Shown piece after piece: positions 58,112 to 64,000 of a DNA stretch of 64,000 nucleotides. Below the pieces are notes generated by a model. The model ran no database searches. It saw nothing but the letters and a program-made list of their open reading frames with translations, and was not told the DNA's origin. The stretch lies in assembly GCF_006345805.1 (NCBI RefSeq), contig NW_021831833.1, positions 1-64,000 of the forward strand. The letters run 5' to 3'. Numbering within the stretch: position 1 is the stretch's first letter; the number at the start of each line of letters is the position of its first letter. The translations under genes were made by a program, and so were the position numbers. This DNA is from Octopus sinensis. Taxonomy: Eukaryota.

Positions 58112-58519
58112 GTTTAATAAAAAGCGCGCGAATGCACACACGCACCACACACACACACACACATGCATACACTATTCATCAATAATTCATCTCTGTTTTT
58201 ATTTATCTCTTTCACACACGCGCACACACCACAAACACACATATTTACGCTACTTACCTGTGTTTATTCTTCTGTCTATCTGTCGTAGTTGTAGGAGTGG
58301 CTGTTTCTAATTCAGGTACAAGGGCCAGCACGTAAGAGGGAAGAGGCTGTTCGCCACCGTCTACCATAGCACTTGACAGATACTTTATTTTATAAAGCCC
58401 AGACAGATGAAACTCAGAGCTGACAGGCTTGAACTCAGAACGTTAAGAGCCGTGACAAATATCGCATTGCAATCTTCCGGAACTCCAGCATTTCTGCTAA
58501 TCAAAGACTTTCGAGACGA

Positions 58520-58541
58520 CGACGGCTATGATGATGACGAC

Positions 58542-58588
<47 letters not shown>

Positions 58589-58631
58589 CGATGATGACGA
58601 CGATGATGACGATGACGAGGATGATGATGAT

Positions 58632-58666
<35 letters not shown>

Positions 58667-58750
58667 AATGACGATGATGATGATGACGATGATGATGATG
58701 ATGATGATGATGACGATGATGACGATGATGACGACGATGATGACGATGAC

Positions 58751-58797
<47 letters not shown>

Positions 58798-58876
58798 CGA
58801 TGATGATGATGACGATGATGATGATGATGATGATGATGACGATGATGACGATGATGACGACGATGATGACGATGAC

Positions 58877-58909
<33 letters not shown>

Positions 58910-59090
58910 AATGACGATGATGACGATGATGATGATGATGATGATGATGACGATGACGATGATGATGATGATTATGATGGCGACGACGACGACGACGACG
59001 ACGATGATGATAATGATGATGATGATGATGGTGGTGAAGGTGGTGGTGGTGGTGGTGGTGGTGGTGCGGTTGTGGTGGTGGTGGTGGTAA
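58520..59090. repeat. (GAT)n/(GAC)n/(GGT)n array
   Basis: Direct reading. The 227-aa ORF is an artefact. Confidence 0.95.
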
Positions 59091-59543
59091 TGCTGGTTGC
59101 TGAAGTGTCGAGGGAGAAGGACGATGTCATGTAGAATGATCATGTTTTTAAATGATCACGGTTATTCACATTTGTGAGCAGTCCTTTGTATTTGAATTGA
59201 CCCTAATACATGATTGGTTTCCTATTTTGTGGATTCCCGCAAAGAAAAGAGAGAAGGCTCTGGCTGCGTCTCGATCCTATATTGTGCATGGTTAACATCG
59301 TCATTACCTACTTATTCAGGAACCAATTCTTAAGACTTTATTGAAGATGTCCGGAACTATCTTAGAATCATAAAAATATAATCTAGTTTCCATATATTTC
59401 GTCTAACTTCCTAAATTTCAACATCTTACCTTACAGATTAAATTATGTCGTAAACATATAGCTCTACCTGTCTCAGATAATTAGAATTCAAACATTTTGC
59501 TGTATGATATAGCCATTTGATCATATACATCGAATATCATACA

Positions 59544-59590
<47 letters not shown>

Positions 59591-60035
59591 TTAGACACTA
59601 CATAGAGACGCAGTAATTCAGACATGTGTGTGTGTGTATGTATACACTATACACACATTAGAAACTGATATAATTATACATGACTAAAATGCCAATAGTA
59701 TTTTAATAATTGACATATCAATACTGAGTGAAGTATATTACAATGCTGACGTCAGCTGAGAAGCCACTAAACAGCTCTGAATTAGCAATTACATTAAAAT
59801 CCATTCTTGTATGTTAGTAATGTGTCCATTATTGTATCTGAAAGTTGGTACAACTGGAATTATATGCTATCACTTTGGTATAGATGCTGACATGTTTCCC
59901 ACTGGCCACAAATATGTAACGGAAGGAGTATATAAAACGGGAGTATTTAGCAGCAAGAATTCATAACATGCGGAATATATATCTACAAGAGTATATAACG
60001 AGATTACGTAAGACAGGTTTTATAACAAAAGTATT

Positions 60036-60223
60036 AACAGTCGCAGGAGTGGTTGTGTGGTAAGTAGCTTGTTTACAAACCACATGGTTCCGGGTTCAGT
60101 CCCACTGCGTGGCACCTTGGGCAAGTGTCTTCTACTATAGCCTCGGGCCGACCAAAGCCTAGTGAGTGGATTTGGTAGACGGAAACTGAAAGAATCCCGT
60201 CGTATATATGCATAATATATATA

Positions 60224-60257
<34 letters not shown>

Positions 60258-60726
60258 AATAAAAATGGAGTTAACGCAGGTTTAAACCAGTATTTTTACT
60301 TTCTACATATGTTTCAAAAATTCCACTGATACTTATTCAAAAGATAAAAGGTATAAACAATGCAATCTTCTCTTCGGGAAAGTGAAAAAACGAAACTTGT
60401 CATTTTGCTAAAATGTCGTATTGACAAGTTTCGTTTTTTCACTTCCCGAAGAGAAGATTGCATGTTTTACCTTTTATTCTTTTGAATAAGTATCAGTGGA
60501 ATTTTTGAAACATATGTAGAAAGTAAAAATACTTGTTTAAACCTGCGTTAACTCCATTTTTTATTCATATTATTCAAATATCAACGTAAATACGAAGTTT
60601 CAACCTTTATAAACAAGGAGTTACAACATCTTTACTTCTGAGATTTTTGCTGCCCTGGTAACTATTCATTCATTTATCCGTGTTAATTGTTAACAAGGTA
60701 AAATACACTCATCTATTTATAATACT

Positions 60727-60767
<41 letters not shown>

Positions 60768-61006
60768 GTTTGTGTATGTGTGTGTGCGTGTGTGTGTGTG
60801 TGTGCGTGTGTGCGTTTGTGTGTCTGTGTTTGCCACCCCAACATCGCTTGACAACCGATGCTGGTGTGTTTACGTCCCCGTAACTTAGCGGTTCGGCAAA
60901 AGAGACCGATACAATAAGTCCTGGGGTCGATTTGCTCGATTAAAAGCAATGCTCCTGCATGGCCGCAGTCAAATGACTGAAACAAGTAAAAGAGTAAAGA
61001 GTAAAG
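60036..61006 (+). mobile_element. Composite SINE with 21-bp target-site duplication and nested insert
   Basis: aggttttataacaaaagtatt at 60015-60035 and 61007-61027; B head, (TA)n, insert, (TG)n, C module, (agtaaag)n tail. Confidence 0.92.
60253..60570. mobile_element. ~318-bp near-perfect palindrome nested in the SINE microsatellite
   Basis: Arms 60253-60402 and 60422-60570; 19-nt loop; few indels. Confidence 0.9.
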
Positions 61007-61299
61007 AGGTTTTATAACAAAAGTATTCACCAACAGTAGTATATAATCAGAAGGATAATGTAAGAATAGGACTGTGCAAAAACAGTATATAAACAACAAG
61101 ACTACATACTCAGAGAGGTGTATAAATAACTAGATGAATATAATAACATAGGTATCTCAGAGTACTGACATACAGAACAAATAGTAACCACGACGCTAAA
61201 CAAAGTACATTACAACATCACTGAAGTTCCGGAATCCTAAGAACAAACATCACGAAGCACCTATCAAATGCATTAAGAATAGGGAAAGAAGATCACTCT

Positions 61300-61830
61300 C
61301 AGGTCATGCAAATGAAATAGGGTCTACTTGATAGTATGTTGAAGAGAAATTTAACAAAATGTGAATCGATAAAATTTATGCGGTTTGTAGAGAGACCATA
61401 AACCAGCAAGATATCCTATATCATTAAAAACATTGTGCCATTATGAAGCAAACTAATCACGCATTAGAGATAATTACACGCTAAATAAATGTAGATGTAA
61501 CGCGTATGAACAGGTAATGTACGTCAGAATGTATGTAATATCAAAAACTGTCGGTGTCGAATTCTTTGAATCTAGAGGAAAACATAGAACTGAATGAATG
61601 TTGAAATTTAAATAAATACAGCAGGAAATTAGCGGAAAGAGGAACGATACTGCAATAATACGTGCGTAGTGAAAAACAAAAAACATGAAAATATCAGCCA
61701 TGGAAATAGGAATGTTGTGTTGGAGTGTTATGATTAAGGATGAACAAGTATTCAAAAGAACGAAATAAAGATTACCTCAACAGGTGAAAGCCAAAATATT
61801 GAAGAATGCATAGTCTTGAGAAAAGAATCT
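61300..61830 (+). mobile_element. Possible highly degenerate RTE remnant
   Basis: KISAMEIGMLCWS patch at ~61690-61730; weak. Confidence 0.3.
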
Positions 61831-62005
61831 TGTAATTAAAAAAATAATAAAAAAAAAGTTCCGAGATGATCTTTACATGAAATTTAACAAAAGTTCTTCA
61901 CGTGGAATTAAATAACAAAACTATAATGTTGAGAATCATGAACGGGAATGATATATAGAATACGACTGAAGAAAAATAAGGGAAGTTGAAAAAGAAAGCA
62001 AAACA

Positions 62006-62064
<59 letters not shown>

Positions 62065-62136
62065 TATATGTGTGTGGTATGTATTTATGTATGTATTATG
62101 TATGTATGTATGTACGTATGTATGTATGTATGTATG

Positions 62137-62171
<35 letters not shown>

Positions 62172-62779
62172 GAAACAAAGGGAAAAAACCAATGAAGCAA
62201 AATAACAGATCAAACCATGTATAGCCACAGGGTAAACAGATATAACACCTCTTCTATTCTGTTTATCTCTTGTACTATTAAGTATATGCCTAAATTCTAG
62301 AGGAAATATTTACTGGTTTGGTAGGACAGCGTAAAAAAACTATAGAGATCCAAAAATCAATATGGGGTTTTGGGTTGGAGAATGTGCCAAGCACAACTTT
62401 AAATGAAACATTCAGAGTTAATAAATACTGACACTGACATCAAACATGAGCTAGAAAGAAGAAATATTATTAGAGTGAGGTTGAAGGTGGAGAAATACAA
62501 CAGAACTAAATGAAAGTGTGTGATTTTAAATTAAAATATCTAACAAAGAAGACGCTAAAAAGTGAACTTGATTCAAAATATATGATGGAAGTCACAATCT
62601 CTCTGGTTGTCTTGGCGATAGATACAAAATGATGAACTGGGATACATTAGGCAACAAGGAAAGTACTAGCAAAATTCAAATTTGCATCCATCAAACGTTG
62701 ACTGCTACGCCATATTTGAATTCCTGAATATAATGGATTAAGGATATTACACAAAAATTAGGAATGGTTTACAGAGCCT

Positions 62780-63130
62780 GGGTATGGGTTGGACTCGTAC
62801 TAGCTTCCCAACCAAATGGTTTCGGGTTCGGACCCACTGTGTGACATTTAGATGTCTTCTAAGATCACGAGACAACCAAAGCATTTGTGAGTGGATTTCG
62901 TGGACAGAAACTGAAAGAAGCCTGTCATACGTGCACAGACGTGCGTGTGTTTGTGTCTGTATCTGTCCCCCGGTTTATTTATGTCCCCGTAACTTAGCGA
63001 TTTGGCAAAAGAACCGATAAAATAAGTACCAGGCTTTAAAAACTGCTCTGGAGTCGATTCGTTCAACTAAAATTTAAGGCGGTGCCTCACCATGACCGCA
63101 GTTTAATAAGTGAAACGAGTAAAAAGTAAG
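62780..63130 (+). mobile_element. Degenerate composite SINE (B plus C)
   Basis: gcatttgtgagtggattt..gaaactgaaagaagcc, then atgtccccgtaacttagcg. Confidence 0.75.
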
Positions 63131-64000
63131 ATAAAGAAAATAGTTCGCATTCAATGCATAACATTCTCAGAAATATACGTCACGTGTCTTTACTTATTTC
63201 TTGCCCGGATACAATCCCCCCAGAAGTACACTTTGTGGTTAAAGTTCCTGGACGTTTGAATGATACTGAAGGAAGAGAGCGACTTTGTGTGGACTTCAGA
63301 TAACTTCATATAATTTGGCTGTTTGTAAAGTTTCCATGGGGTGGCTGTTTATATCTGACAGATCTATCAGGTTCAGTTGTTGTGTAATAATCAAAGAAAA
63401 TTTTCTTCTCATCACTGCACTTGGGCTTTATCACAGATTTTTTCTTGGAGTAAATGAAATACTGAAAGTTCTTCACAATGAATCTGTCGTCGTGGACTGA
63501 AATAAATGAAATTGTAAAATTAATACGTTTCTCATTTAGTTCCATCCCTAACCCGATTGGACTGTTGTGTTGTTACTGATGAGATTTAATGTATGTGAAT
63601 GTATGGTTTGTACAGCGGCTGTTAAAGGAAGTCTCGAAGAGTCCTCTAATAATTTAGCTTGCTCTAAATTTTCATCGAGAATAATTCCATCGGTTCGGTA
63701 AACAATTGCTCCGGGTCAACATTCAGAGATTTAACAATTGCATAGTTTGATGCATCGGAGATTATCTTCCTTTTCTTATTGGTCGAGAGCTGGTTATCGT
63801 ATTGTTGTTGTGAGCTAGAGTGGCTTACGTAAGTTCTGTGCTGACGATCGCTAACCGCTCAGCATAATTTAGCTTGGATATTTATAAGAAATGTAACCCA
63901 CTTTAAAGTTTTGATCACTAAAACCGTGTTCCCATGTTGCTAGTAAAGGACCAAATAAACCTGATTTAACAAACTACAAGGTCTCATTTGATTTTAAATA

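Noticed and set aside
58407-59090. 227-aa Asp/Met-rich ORF suggesting a biomineral- or reflectin-like protein
   Set aside because: The N-terminus comes from a SINE remnant and the rest is pure (GAT)n; no reflectin motif.
63200-63760. Gypsy-like words RLCVDFR (+) and DASNYAI (-)
   Set aside because: On opposite strands without the surrounding RT or RNase H motifs; probably chance.

Overview
Eukaryotic, AT-rich, repeat-saturated DNA. The SINE, microsatellite and LINE landscape looks like an octopus (coleoid cephalopod) intron or intergenic region; this is inferred from remembered repeat families, with no database search. No complete host protein-coding gene can be supported. Nearly all listed ORFs are microsatellite artefacts or transposon remnants. 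Recognisable elements: a decayed L1/Tx1 RT; a head-to-tail stack of three Dong/R4-type RLE retrotransposons in a (TAA)n array; mariner, DD37D (maT) and Tc1 remnants; a ~4.2 kb decayed CR1-group LINE; a non-autonomous Helitron; a young RTE; many SINE copies; and several palindromic elements. The most striking structure is two unrelated retro-insertions (48.8-50.0 kb and 53.0-53.7 kb) that are each 5'-inverted and each carry a short perfect snap-back hairpin at the inversion junction. Two 'hairpin + tail' elements also stand out, one flanked by a 12-bp direct repeat. A few isolated exon and promoter candidates are listed at low confidence. Coordinates of decayed elements are approximate; those of hairpins, duplications and motifs were counted by hand.
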